DNA from: Pelomyxa schiedti
Taxonomy: Eukaryota; Protista; Evosea
DNA length: 64,000 nt
Assembly: GCA_020536535.1 (NCBI GenBank)
Contig: JAHLWZ010000222.1
Coordinates: 1-64,000 of the forward strand
Reading direction: 5' to 3'
The notes under the pieces are model-generated. The model saw only the letters and a list, made by a program, of their open reading frames with translations, did no database searches and was not told the DNA's origin. The translations under genes were made by a program, and so were the position numbers. Positions 23,037 to 35,633 of the stretch are shown here, one piece after another; within the stretch, counting starts at the first letter, position 1; the number at the start of each line of letters is the position of its first letter.

Positions 23037-25212
23037 TCAGCCCTTTATTACTGCTATTGGTCTTAATTTGAAGCACTTGGAACTAATTCCTGCTGCGTGG
23101 CATGTATCCACAACAGCAGTAACATCTTTGTAGGATTCGGGTGCCTTTTTGTTTCGTTGATGGATGAACGAGCAAGGTGAATAAATACCTCTTCCATAAC
23201 CAATTTAGGTGATGCCACTCGAATACTGATTCCTTGGGAAGCTAGCTTGGCCAATACATCTTTGTAGTCTAAGTTGTTCCTGTTGCGTGTGAATCACAGA
23301 AGAATGAAATTGGATATCATAAAATCTGACGCGAAAATAACCTGCTCTTATTTCTTGACAGTGCTCTCCCAGCGCCATGGCATGTGCTTCCCCAGCATTC
23401 ACTCATTCCTCTCTCAGTCCCTGTGAGAACGTAACTACATGTTCCCATAGTCCCGCCAATCAGAACTGGTTGCCCCGTAAATTGGTAGTCCACTGGAATA
23501 AGTGGATGATGCGGAGGGAATGCGCGTGTAGAACCCTTTCTGTGAACTAAAAGGCGATGAGGTCGACCATCTACAAGATGCTCCTCTACTTTCGCTATGT
23601 TGTGTGATACATCATACACAAGATGCATGTCTAAGTCATCTGGTGACATCTCAAACTGTTTTGCAAATGCCTAGGTACAAAGTAAGGCAAATCAACCATA
23701 AAGTACAGGTTTTTACCTGCCTAACCAAAAAGGTCATTGACTGACGATTTACAAAGGCATAGTTCGCTGCGGCGGCCATTCCGTCAAGATACCATTTACC
23801 TTCCTCAGAAGATATTCTCGCACATGCAAGCTATATTAGGTCAATTGAGAAATACATGGAAACAATAAACCTGGCGGTCATTAATGTGTATATTTTGTAC
23901 AGCCATTGCCTTCTCCATTACCTGTAAGGCATCCGTAGCAACTTGATGCCCAAGGCCTCTGCTACCACTATGAATAAAAACACACACCTGATAACTGAGT
24001 GGGAATTGACAATTGGGGTTTCATGACACACTTGATTTTTTTGATCAATTCCCATTTTGGAGGCTGCAAATTTATCATATATCTCTTCCACTACTTGGAC
24101 TTCGATGTAGTGATTACCTGCCCCAAGTGTCCCGAGCTAGTTATTATTATGCGAAAAATTTGTGGAGGGATTATGTGTACCTGAGGAAGTCCACGTTTAC
24201 GGGCACGTGAACTCACTTTGGCGGGATCTGCGTTTAACATTCGCCCATACTCCTCGCAATGCTCTTTATCCTCTGCCCAGGCATATCCCTCTCTCAGTGA
24301 CCAGTCAATTCCAAGCTCCTTTATGGGGAAAATTAGTACTGACTTGAAACATACTTACACACCAAGGCGGCATCTAGGTCCCCTAAAGTGGTGGGAATTA
24401 CACCTTGCGAGCCAACTCCTACTGGTATATGGTCAAACAGAGACTGTGCCAATTGCTCTTTCACAGGGAGTACATCTTTCAAAGTCAGGTTTGTTCTAAT
24501 CAGTCGGACTCCACAGTTTATATCAAAACCCACACCCCCTAGGTGTTTCTTAACAAAGCAAAGGTTTGGACGAGTAACCACACCAGGGGATACAACGGAG
24601 AGCGGATCGTCCATATCAAAAGCAGCCACATTCCCAATAGCAAATCCATACCTTTTTTTTTTTGTTTGTTTGTTAGTTATTAGACTGCATGCAAAATATG
24701 TACAGCAATAAAGAAGGTATTATATATATATATACCCAGAATGTATATCAGGCATTCCAATAGAGTGCTTAACAATACCAGGAAGACTAGCCACATTTGC
24801 AACCTGCTTAACCTAAAGACATGACCACAAGTAAGATACATAACCCGGTCAGACAACCAATAAATACAACACAACATGGAAAGTTGCACGTGATATATGT
24901 GTAGCACTTACAGCAGGAAGAAACCCCGCGAATCCAGGATGTGCACAATGGTGTTCCAGCTCCTCAAATACCAATCTCCTCAGTGCCTCATTTACAAAGA
25001 ATTTCCCCTCCACCTTGTGCCTAGTTAGACTCAACATCCAAATTGAAAAAGGGGAAAAAGGGCAGCAGCAGCGCAACCCTCGAATTCGAGGTGGAAAGAA
25101 AGAAAAAACCCCATACCCTCATGTCGGGCACGAAACCCTTTCTTATTGCGTACTGGACATCCCCTGTTTGCTCAATGAACCTCACTTGTTGATCAAACCT
25201 GGCTGCACTCAT
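23037..25212 (-). CDS. RTCB: RNA-splicing ligase RtcB
   Basis: [76 protein letters not shown]. Confidence 0.97.
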
Positions 25213-25305
25213 CACCACCTCGTGCAATTTCCAGATTCGAAACAGGGGAAAAATAAATCAGACGGAACAAGTCGACTTGGGCTTCTTCGGTCGGGGCTGA
25301 TCGGC

Positions 25306-27266
25306 ATGGTGTTGGCGTTTGCAGTTGCATTAGCGGTGGTGATAGTGTTAGCACCTGCGTGTTTTGTGGTTGATGCCTCTCGGTCGGTGCCTATCACCAC
25401 CCTGACCCCTCCCATAATTGAAGAAGTGCTGACGAAGGGCGATTACAACCTCCACGTCGTGTTGTTCACGTTACTTTGTAATCTTACTCCCTGAGTCATA
25501 CAAAAAAAAAAGTAGTCTAATACTAGGCTTATTTATCTTCACTTCAATAACCTGAAACAAACCATTCCTTGCCAGATAGACGATCATGTTCAGAGTGTGA
25601 GGAGATGTACACTCAGTTCCAGCGTGCACGTGGATTGTTGGGAATGGCCGATCCACCAGTGGATATGCATATATTTGATGGTTTGGCTGAGGGAGCTGCA
25701 GTTGTGTCAGCGAAGTACAATATTGCTTCCTTCCCTGTGATAAAGGGATATGTGTCTGGATTAGAAGTATTCACTTATAATGGACCTATCACGGGTAACG
25801 TGCACTGTTATGTCTTTAGGATTTGAACTGAACAAACGAAGCTGATGCTATAGCAAGTTTCATTTTGTCTATGAATGGACCGGCAGCAAAAGAGATCAAC
25901 TCTGTTAAGACACTGAAAAAACTTATCGCAGAAAAGGCCTGCATCTTGCTGTTTAGATCGTTTGATAACAACAAATATAGGATAAAGTGTTTACTGTGGG
26001 AATTTTCGAGGCAGAAGCAAACAGTGCAGGCTTTTTATTAGCTGCACAGACACTGCGCAAACTTTATTCATTTTACATAATCAAGGACCCCCAGTAGGCT
26101 TGAATACACCCTTCCCAACTGTAACCTCAATTTACTAGATTGATTTCTAAACTAGTTTCTGAAGAGCAGTACCCACCTCAAGGAATTATTACATACCGTC
26201 ATTATGCTTCAGACACTCCATTCGAAGTTTTTAAACTGGATGTTCAAAATGTACAACAAATTTCTGCCTTTGTTCGTGGAACAAGTCTTCCCCTTGCCTC
26301 AGTATATGAGGTCGGTTTGTTCTTCTAGTTTTCTCTGACCCTGTTGTAGCCATCGATCGAACGCTGGTATTCTGAAATGCCAAGATTTACAGTCTATACC
26401 ACCGTTTCAAATTCGAAATCGGTGGAACTGCTATTATCCCAAATGCGCGAAGTCGCGCAACAGTTTGTTGGACAACTGGCATTTGTAATCATGGATAAAA
26501 GTGTGAGTGAATACACTCAATTCAAATTTGCCTCAAAGGCGCCTGTGATGAGCATTGTCGATACGAAAAACCATCTTCTCTATAAACCAGAATCCCCTGC
26601 ATTTTCTGTAGATTCTGCCACCGCCTATGCTTCTAAATATGTTCAAGGCCACCTTCAGAGGTTTAAACTTTTTATTTTGTGAATTACAAGTCTGACTTTC
26701 CTTTTCACGCAGGTACATCCAATCTGAACCAATTCCTGCAAGAAAGAACCTGGTAATTCAGGATATCGTGGCACTGAACTACAAAGAAGAGGTGCTTGAG
26801 GCACCTGAAGACATACTGATACAAGTTTCATCTGCATTTTTCCCTTCTATTCCAACTTAAAAAGGGTCATTTATAGATTTACTATCCAGATTGCATTCCA
26901 TGCCAAAAGTTCCTACCCACTTTCATACAGCTCGCAAATAGTAGTGTTCTCGTTAATATTCGTCTCCCTAATTTCACCTTACAGGACTATCTCCTCTGCG
27001 GCAGACATTGAAAATTGCACAATACAACTCTGTAGAGAATGAACCCCAACCAGGATATAAAGTAACTGGGTTCCCAACAATTTGTATCATCAGGGCAGAT
27101 AATAAAGAACACAGTAAGTATTATTCCACCACCAAAGATCATTCATGATACTAACTGCTCCCTCCATTTTTGTCTAGTCACATACAGTGGCCCCCCTGAT
27201 GTTGACACCTTGGAGCAATGGGTGCTCTCTTCCATTTTCCATAAACCACCTAAACCTGAACTATGA
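25306..27266 (+). CDS. Protein disulfide-isomerase-like (a-b-b'-a')
   Basis: Signal peptide, CSEC and CIPC motifs, SFPVIK, IQSEPIP, GFPTI, and C-terminal KPEL. Confidence 0.8.
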
Positions 27267-27312
27267 GTCCCAAAAAAAACGACCCAAGCAAACTTTTTTT
27301 TGCCAAATTACT

Positions 27313-28983
27313 TTAGATTGGTGAGCCCAGAAACTTAGATATTGTTGTTGAAAGGCTTCTTATTGCTTCGATGAGTGCTGCTGGAAGTGGGGGTTTTATA
27401 ATTCTAGGCCATGCTGGAATTACTTGTCTGACTGTTGAAAATGCAGTGGAACTTGGAGTTGAGATTATCCCAGTGCAGGGTACTGAAGCTTGTATGTCAG
27501 AATCTTTGGCCTCTTCTGTGGCACTTGGCGGTTTGACAACAAAGCATGTTGTGGCTTGTATGTACGGTATAGCATGCACACTTTGTAAGTAGGTCTGTAG
27601 GACATGAAGTTCGGAGCAGCAGTCGTAACAGTGATCCATGCCAGGCAAGGGAAGTACTTCACTTTCAAAGAATGTTGTTCGGGTAACAGTATTGAAGTGG
27701 TACATGACATCGCTATACCATCCATGATTGTATTCCAACTTAGGAAAAGGGGTATCCCCTTCAGGTCTTGTGATAATCAGTCTGCTTTCAGAGCTTGTGC
27801 GTCCTGCCCACATTTGGAAATGAAGAACGCCATCAAGGTACAAGGTCTTTCCTGGACTGTAAGGAAGCCTGAATTTTAGCATAGAAACACGTGGACGCAT
27901 TGTTTCTATCCAGCCCATTTGCATATTCATCTCTTGTTGTATTTGCGCCTCGGTGGCTGCATTTGGCATCCCCTTGGATATAAACGGTTAGTTTCAAATA
28001 GTAGAACTAGAGACTTACCTCTATCCCTCGTATATCACAGATAAAAATAAAATTCTGCAGTACTGCGTATTGTTGCGCATGTTTGTCAGTGAAAAACTCC
28101 TGGAATATTTTTATCCTATCAGTTTCATGAGCATGGAAATCAGCTGGGTCAAAGAGATGGAACTGTAGTGTTGGAAACAACTCTCCACTCATGAAATTGA
28201 TGTGTGTGCCAGGAGCCGCACCAGCATACACAACAAAGTCACCGGGATTGCAATACTTTGCCAAGAATTCAATTTCACTCAGAATGAGTTTGCGTTGTCC
28301 AAGGTGCATAAGAGTTTTTGCTTCACCACAACGGCGGGCGTAGGTTAGAGCAGGTGTTTTTTCAGATATAATTCTATCACAAGGTTCCAGGCACCGGAAA
28401 GGCCGCATGAAGTTTCTTTTGTTTGCCCAGACCTGCCGCATATGAGGATTTTCATCCCACAAAGACATCATTTCAGTAGAAAGATGTAATGACTGTACAT
28501 CAAATTCCCGATTGAACTGCATGTTAGGTTTATATATGAAATAATGACACAAGTCGGTGACCTTTTCTACGTCCATTTTGCACAATGTACTTCCAAGACA
28601 TCCTTTCCTGAGACTAAGCTCATGTGCGGAATAAGTCATAACTGCATCAGGTCTCACAATGTACACAGGGTGCGTCCCCATTCCGTCGTCTTCTTCGGTA
28701 ATGTTTGTGGAATTGCTATCAAATAACACAGCACCAGTCGAGTTCCCTGCTGCGTTTGAGATTGTATGCTGAAGCCAGCACAACCGAAAGGAAAATTTGC
28801 GTTTTTGCGTCAAACTTGTGATGACAGTGGCAAATCCATACTGTCCTTTTGCGATGAGCTCAATCAACTCCTCACCAGCACCCACCAAAGCTATGTTTCC
28901 TAAACCAGGTACATTTGGAGTGGCAGAACTGCGAACTCACTCAAAACAAAACCAGTGCAACTGAGGGGGAGCACGGCACCCAT
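27313..28983 (-). CDS. VP39-like cap-specific mRNA 2'-O-methyltransferase (poly(A) polymerase regulatory subunit family); start uncertain
   Basis: HLGQRKLILSEIEFL, VVYAGAAPGTHI, LFDP, FICDIR, SMLKFRLPY, WAGRTSSESRL, YHFNTVTR, DHCYDC. Confidence 0.85.
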
Positions 28984-29012
28984 GTCCCTTCTGCTATATA
29001 CCCATTTACCAA

Positions 29013-32000
29013 CATGCAGGCCCCAGTTATGCACAATGCAGTTTTTTTAAAAAAAATCAAAGACAACAAGTTGTCTGCTGGAAGGTCGTTGATGCAGGAG
29101 CAGCCAGCCAACAACAATGGGAATGGAAGCGAAGGGGCGGTGGGTCTTGGTCTGGGGCTTGGCCTGGGGTCCCCGTGCGGAGGGGATTACGGCTTCGGCG
29201 TCGGCCTCCACGACGACGTCGGCGCCCTGTGCGGCGGCCTCACCCCCCTTCCCCTTCCTCTGCCTCTGCTCTACGGCGGCGCCCCTGCCTACCCCCTCCA
29301 CGTCCCCGAGTCCCAGCCCCAGCCCCAGCAAAACAACACCCAACAGCCACCACCCCCACCACCCCCACAACCACAACCACAACAACAAGAACAATCTGCG
29401 CGACCACTACAGCAGGTTCATCAACCGCAGGGATCCGTGTCACCTTCGTCTGCGCAGTTGCAGACGACTACGAGTTGCAGTGCTAGTAGCGGTATGCCAA
29501 ACAACGACCCACGTGGTGGTGCTGGGTCGATGGAGTCTGTTGATAATGGGCAAACTGCGTCGTCTGTGGGTTCTGCTAATACCGGCATAACGCACAGCAA
29601 TGGCGCCATTATGGGAATGGGAATGGGAATGGGAATGGGAATGGGAATGGGAATGGGAATGGGAATGGGAATGGGAATGGGAATGGGAACGGGGGCTGGA
29701 CACCCCAAGGGCAATTCTGAACAGTCACAGGGAAGTGGGGTTGGAATAGGAATGGAATCTGGTGGTGCTGTTGATTCTGACACAACCAGGTTGAATCAAC
29801 TGAGTGGTGCTAATGATGACACTGGAAGTGGGGCTGGTTCCGCGTCTGTTGCTGCTTCTGGTTCTAATTCTACTTGCTCTTCTAGCTACGACTTGACGAG
29901 CAAAATGAGTGGTACCACTGGTTCTGCAGCAATACCTGGAGAAAGCGGGAATGGGGGAGGCAGCAGCAGTGATGGTGACCAGGATGAAGACGATGAAGAG
30001 CTGGACAATATTATGGTTTCTGCAACTGGCTTGGATCAGGTACCTGGTAGATGGTCCTGGAATTCCCAAACACAAGTGTACCTGCCTCAGAACTCACACT
30101 CACGTGGATCTAGGCATACACAGTCTACTGGTCACCGCCACAGGCAACAGCAACCTATTCCCTACTTCTGCAGTCAACCACCTCAAATACAATTCCCTCA
30201 AGGGATCTTTCCTGCACCCTCTTCAGTACCTTGTGTTACTAATACGCGAAAACACACTCAAGGACGCAATTCAATTCAACAGCCACACGGCAGAGGTGCC
30301 ACTTATACTCCACAGCTGGAATCAAACCCCACACAACCGCTGATGACGGCTCCTTCACTTGTTCCTTCTCGTGCTTACTATCCTTCACCACCAACGTTGC
30401 CACACCCTGCTGTCACCAGTCCCCCTCCTCCAATCAGCACGCATGGTGCACAAGTAGGGCCAATTCAACCTATACAACTTCAGACCCAGCCAACACAGTT
30501 ACATGATCCACAATCGCAACAACTTGCCCTTCGTAAACAAGATCTCACTCCGCGTCCCACGCAAGCTGTCAAAGCACAAGATCAATCCCCGCAACTTCCG
30601 CATCCTCCAGGACCAGTTCAATTTCACTACCCCAACTGTCTTCCATATATTTCACCTTGTGTTCCCCAGACTCCCCCATCTCCTCACTCTGACACAGGAC
30701 TGAAGAATATTACTGCTACACTTGTTGGGTAACTTAAAGCATCCTACTACATACCTCTCACATAAAAGCAGATCTGTATTTCCACAGGAGTTTTACGGTT
30801 TTAGTGGACTTGATCTTCCCAAAGAGTTTGGATGCAATGAATTCCCAGTTGTCCACTTCCTGTTACAAAATGCTTGTCCTGCAATTGTATCATCACGTCC
30901 TGCAACTCCTTCTGCAGGTAACTGAGCCTAAGTAATTTTCATTAACAGTCACAAAGGTTCCGATTCCAGTTTTCTTTACTTGTATGATGGAACATGTCCA
31001 AATTATTTGGAAGATGGGTTAAACTGGAAATCAACCAGCAAGATGGCACTGAAGCTTATTGTGTATAACACTGCTACTCATAGGTCTCCATTGTGTCCCC
31101 CTTCCATTTTGATTAATTAGCTTGAAGGTACAAAATAAAGAACCAAAAAGGGGAAGAGGGAGTTCCTGTTATTCGGAGGCAAACTTGGCAGGGTGCTTCA
31201 GATTTATGGAGGAGGTAAGGCATTGTACGCCACCAAGTTGAGGTGAAGTTTATGTTACAACTCTTCCAGACACGAGTATAAGCTCATTGTGTGCAAAACT
31301 TTTTATAATACACAACCTGATGGCAGCTTGTGGCCATTTCAGAATTCAGCTCTACAGAATTTCCCTTGCCTTGTTCACTATTTCCAAAAAACTCACAATA
31401 GTACTATCCTTGCAAGAACAACAACAACCACTGTAACCTACCACAACGCTCTATTCTACTTACATTAGTGGTTCATCATGCACACAGGGAATGGCATTGG
31501 AACGGTGAGTCTAGCCTCACCCTTTGTTCCCCAAAAAAAGCGGCCACGGACCTGCAACTCACCTTGGAACACTTCTGTGCCATTTGATCCGTAAGTGCTT
31601 TTTTTTTTCTATTTTTTTCTTTTTGCCAATCAAACTTCAGTACCCTTACCCCCGTTGTTCCGTCAAGTGCGGTACCACCTCTCCAATCACAGGCTTCAAC
31701 TCCAGTGAGTGGGAACACACACCCCGCCCATTTTTCTATCCCACTTTCTGATGATGATTCCTTTGCCCTCTCTTCTCAGTAGGTTTCCTCCTTTTTTCTT
31801 TTTTCTGGAAGTGATAATCCTTCTTTAGATCAACAGAAACTCCTGAGATTGAAGCCGTTACTCTTCCAGTTACCTATCCTTAACTTTGCAGTATTCTGTA
31901 ACGTGGAAAATAGGTTAAAATGTATGCACCTCTGGCTGGACCGGCTGGGGAATCAACGAGAATTCTTGTGGTAATACCTGATTTTTCTCCACAAGGGACT

Positions 32001-32955
32001 GTAGCAACATTCAACTATGTTTTTGAAGGCTGCACATTAGTTGCAACGGTAATAATTCTTGCTTATTTGTTTTGACAATTTGATGAACGGTAATAATTCT
32101 TGTTTATTTGACAAAAAGGAAATCAGTAAAGATTGTTTTGAAATCTTTTCCATTCCCAGAATAAACGCAGGAATTGTTTCATTTTGGCTTGTCTGCACTT
32201 ATAACAATCAAACACGCCTGTCATCTTCTTGTCCCTTTCTCTACACACCCAGTGATGAATCTGGTACATCTAAGTCCTATTTCCTCTCAATGATGATATA
32301 TAGGGAAGCTCTCTCTTGTATCGTTTAATCTTGCATCCAATTTCGCTGTTCGGCAACTGCTGACTAATTTTCAGTATACAGTGAGAGAACTTGACCTCTC
32401 TGACAACAAACTTGTGTATGATTCGTCCTGCTTGTCTCGTAATTTTTTCATTCATCTTAAAAAAAGAGATGTCACATTCCTTCAGGGGTTCAAGCGAATG
32501 AGCCGGCTAGTACTGGACAGAAATAGTATACACTCGGTACCCCGCAACGCGCATTTGAAGTTGTTAATGCCCGGCGACAGGGCTCTAAGTTCCCTATGCT
32601 TGTGAAGCTCAAATCACTTAGCTTGAATGACAACCGCATTGACAACCTACAAACCATTGTTGCCACGTTGTGTAAGTCCTTCCCTCGTTTGAGGCACCTT
32701 ACTATGCAAAATAACCCGGCATGTCCATACACCCGCACACAACCCCATCACTACTACAACTATAGGTATGTTCCTGTTTCTCTTTCTTTCTGCTTCTAAA
32801 TCCTTGTCATTCTAACCAATTTCCACTGGAAAACAAAAATCAGGATATATGTTCTGAGCAGGCTTCCACAACTCGGATTCCTAGATTCAACAGAAGTGAA
32901 GTCAGAAGAGAGAAAGCATGCAGAGTGCATCCGCGGATCAGATGACGATGTCTAA
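29013..32955 (+). CDS. CAMTA-like factor: Q/P/G-rich N-terminus, CG-1-like domain, IPT/TIG domain, C-terminal LRMDA-like LRR
   Basis: '[14 protein letters not shown]...[10 protein letters not shown]' and 'CLVHYF' (CG-1-like), '[19 protein letters not shown]...PFLY' (TIG), and 'ELDLSDNKL...LSLNDNRI...MQNNPACP...YNYR|[14 protein letters not shown]' (LRR plus cap). Joining of these parts into one gene is inferred from GT-AG phases. Confidence 0.6.
29611..29688 (+). repeat. (ATGGGA)n hexamer microsatellite encoding (MG)n
   Basis: About 13 tandem ATGGGA units, in frame. Confidence 0.95.
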
Positions 32956-33098
32956 CTCCCCAATGACCACATTGTATCGTGTGTAATGAACAAAAGAAAT
33001 GTATCAATCAGAACACCCGCTTCTTCCTGGGTTCTCTTCTGCGATTGCCAATCAAACAAAAATTGTTTCCGGAAAAGCGAAGACAAACGAACCGTAAA

Positions 33099-35466
33099 AT
33101 GGACGGCAGCAATAACATGCAAGTGAGAACGATATCTACTCACGTGGTGTCACGAAACAGGGGTGGTGCAGTCCCCACCCTGGCCGCACTCGCGGCCCGC
33201 GCCGCCCTGCTCTCGCCCACCGCCGTCCCGGTCCCCGTCCCGCAGGAGCCCTCCACTCTGGACCCCCAGGCCCAACTCGAAGCCGACTTCAAGTGTATGG
33301 GATCCCCGCTGGGGATGATGGTGATGTCCCCGGCCCGCGCGGCCGAGATGGCCTGCGTGTGCTGCGGGGATGGTGCAGGGGGAGGCGGGAGCGGAAGCGG
33401 AAGCGCGAGCGGGAGCCAGGGCGAGGCGCGGGGGAACGGGAGCGGGGTCGGGGCGAGGGTGAGGCTGGTGGGGCCGGGGCGCAGCGAGGCGTGGGGCACA
33501 GTGGGCCATGCGGCGGCGCTGCGGGACGCCTGCGAGTGTGGGCGCGGCTCCTGGGGGGCCTGGGCGCGGGGGTGCGAGCCTGGGGCCGCTGTGGGGAGGT
33601 ACGCCGCAATGTTTGTGGCTCTGCAGAGGGGCAGGACCAAATTCAGGGCCGAGGGAGTGAGGCTGGATTTATTGCCTGAGGACGAGCCTGAGGCTACTGA
33701 ATCACAGCCACAACCACAATCAGACTCAGTTCAGGCTCAGGCAATGAATTCCAATCAAACTACATCAAGTTCAGGAAGTACCGGGTCCAGTAAAACAACG
33801 GAGACCTCTGTTAGCAAGGGAATGGAGGGGGGGTATTGCAGGTGCTCTTGTTGTTGCTGCTGCTATCCACGGCTGGCAAAATGGTGTTGTGTTGGACAAC
33901 CTGGGGCAATTTTCCTGGACATGACAGGGTTGTGTTCACTTGTTACAAACTCAACAGTGCTTTCTATTATTGAATCTGTATCCAGTATTCAGGTGTTATA
34001 CTCACAGCTACTGGATTGCTGCTTTCTGTTGTAACTTGAGCTCTAGGTGTTGAGGCTTGATCAAAGCCAAATTGGGGATGCAGGTGTTTCTGCTTTGTGC
34101 TCTTGCTCCTTCAGCACTCATTTGATATCCATGTCTCTGGTCGATTGCTCTAACATCACAAATGATTCTGTGATGTCCCTATCCAAACTTCCTAGTTTGA
34201 CAGAGTTATCTCTTGGTACACAATTTAAATTTCCCATTCCACCTTGAAAATTGTCATTTCTTTTCTTCCCAAAAAAAAAAAAAAAACGCCAGCTACAACT
34301 AATAACTTCAAGCTTATGTTTTCTGATCAATTTCAGCTGGTTGCACTCAAATTACTGATGAGGCTATTACACATTTTTCTTCAACCTGCACTACCATAAA
34401 ACGACTAGATCTTTCGCATTGTCTGGTATATTGTCTATTTCCTTATTGTTCTAGAACTGAATGGAACCTGGTGGGAAAAAAACAGAAATTAACACAAGAA
34501 AGTGCAAAACATCTTGGTACGATTTCCTCTTTGATCTATCTTAGTTTAGGCTGGATTATGACCCTTGGGTAGATGCTGTTATTAATCTCAACAACATTAA
34601 TTTTGTACAAGAGATGGACTCAACCTACTTGGCAAACGATGTAGCCATTTACAAACACTCAACTTATGTGGAAGTGGAATTAAAGATGTTACCCTTGCCA
34701 AATTACTTGAGCAGTTGCCAGAATTGAATTACCTGGTTTCAACAACATTTTTTTTTTTGTTTCTCATTTTCTTGAAGGATATAAGCTGGTGTAACAACCT
34801 GTTTCAAAATGAGAAACTACTTAAAGTTGTCCTCGAAATTAATCTTTCTCATCTAACCTTGGCACTAGTCCTTTGGAGCAATACACACACTTCACCTCTC
34901 AGGCACAAAAATCAATGACCAACTTCTTCAAAAAATTTTGTCTTCTACTCCCGCACTCCAGGTAGAAAGTTTTACTATCTTTCGTATTAATAACCCCGAA
35001 TAGTATCTCAGTTTAAATCAATGCCCTTCTCTTTTAGGGGATGACATTAAAACCGTTCTACTGCAAGCTAAACAATTGAAGGTTGTCTACCCACCCGTAG
35101 CAATGGCGGGCAGTAACTTACACCTTTAAGGAAGTGGAAATACTATTTTCCATAAGTGAAGCCAGTGCCAAAAAATTGTGCAAAGACCCATCCCCGGCGT
35201 TCCACCTCACTGTTTCACCACTTCCAGAAAGGCTTTTCACCCAAAAAAGCCACAAGGCTTTAACCCAACAAACACCACCAGTAAAAAGCACACCAACACA
35301 ACAAACAGCTTCAAACACAACACCAACAACGTCCCAACAAGGTGCCAAAGTACCACCATCAACCAAACCAACAACAACAAACGCCTCAACAGCAAGCCCA
35401 AAAACAACCAAAAAACCAACAACCACAAATGGCACAAGAAAGCCCTTCCTGCGTAGACTCTTTTAA
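33099..35466 (+). CDS. FBXL/AMN1-type leucine-rich repeat protein with T/K-rich tail
   Basis: Repeats such as LRLDQSQIGDAGV, MSLVDCSNITNDSV, LDLSHC, LNLCGSGIKD. Confidence 0.7.
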
Positions 35467-35633
35467 CCAACACCAGTTCCATTTAGGTTCTCACCGGCCA
35501 CTTCCCACCCTTTTCCTCCAGTAGTACATACAACTAAAAGCCATAAGGAACACTTCCTCCCATCTGGGATTCTTTTCTTTTTTCTCAGTCTTTGAACTGG
35601 CTACGAAATGGCGAAAAAAAACTGTGTCGAGCG

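Noticed and set aside
23037-28983. RtcB plus cap methyltransferase as an RNA repair/capping operon
   Set aside because: Both are separately spliced eukaryotic genes with a PDI gene between them; there is no evidence of functional linkage.
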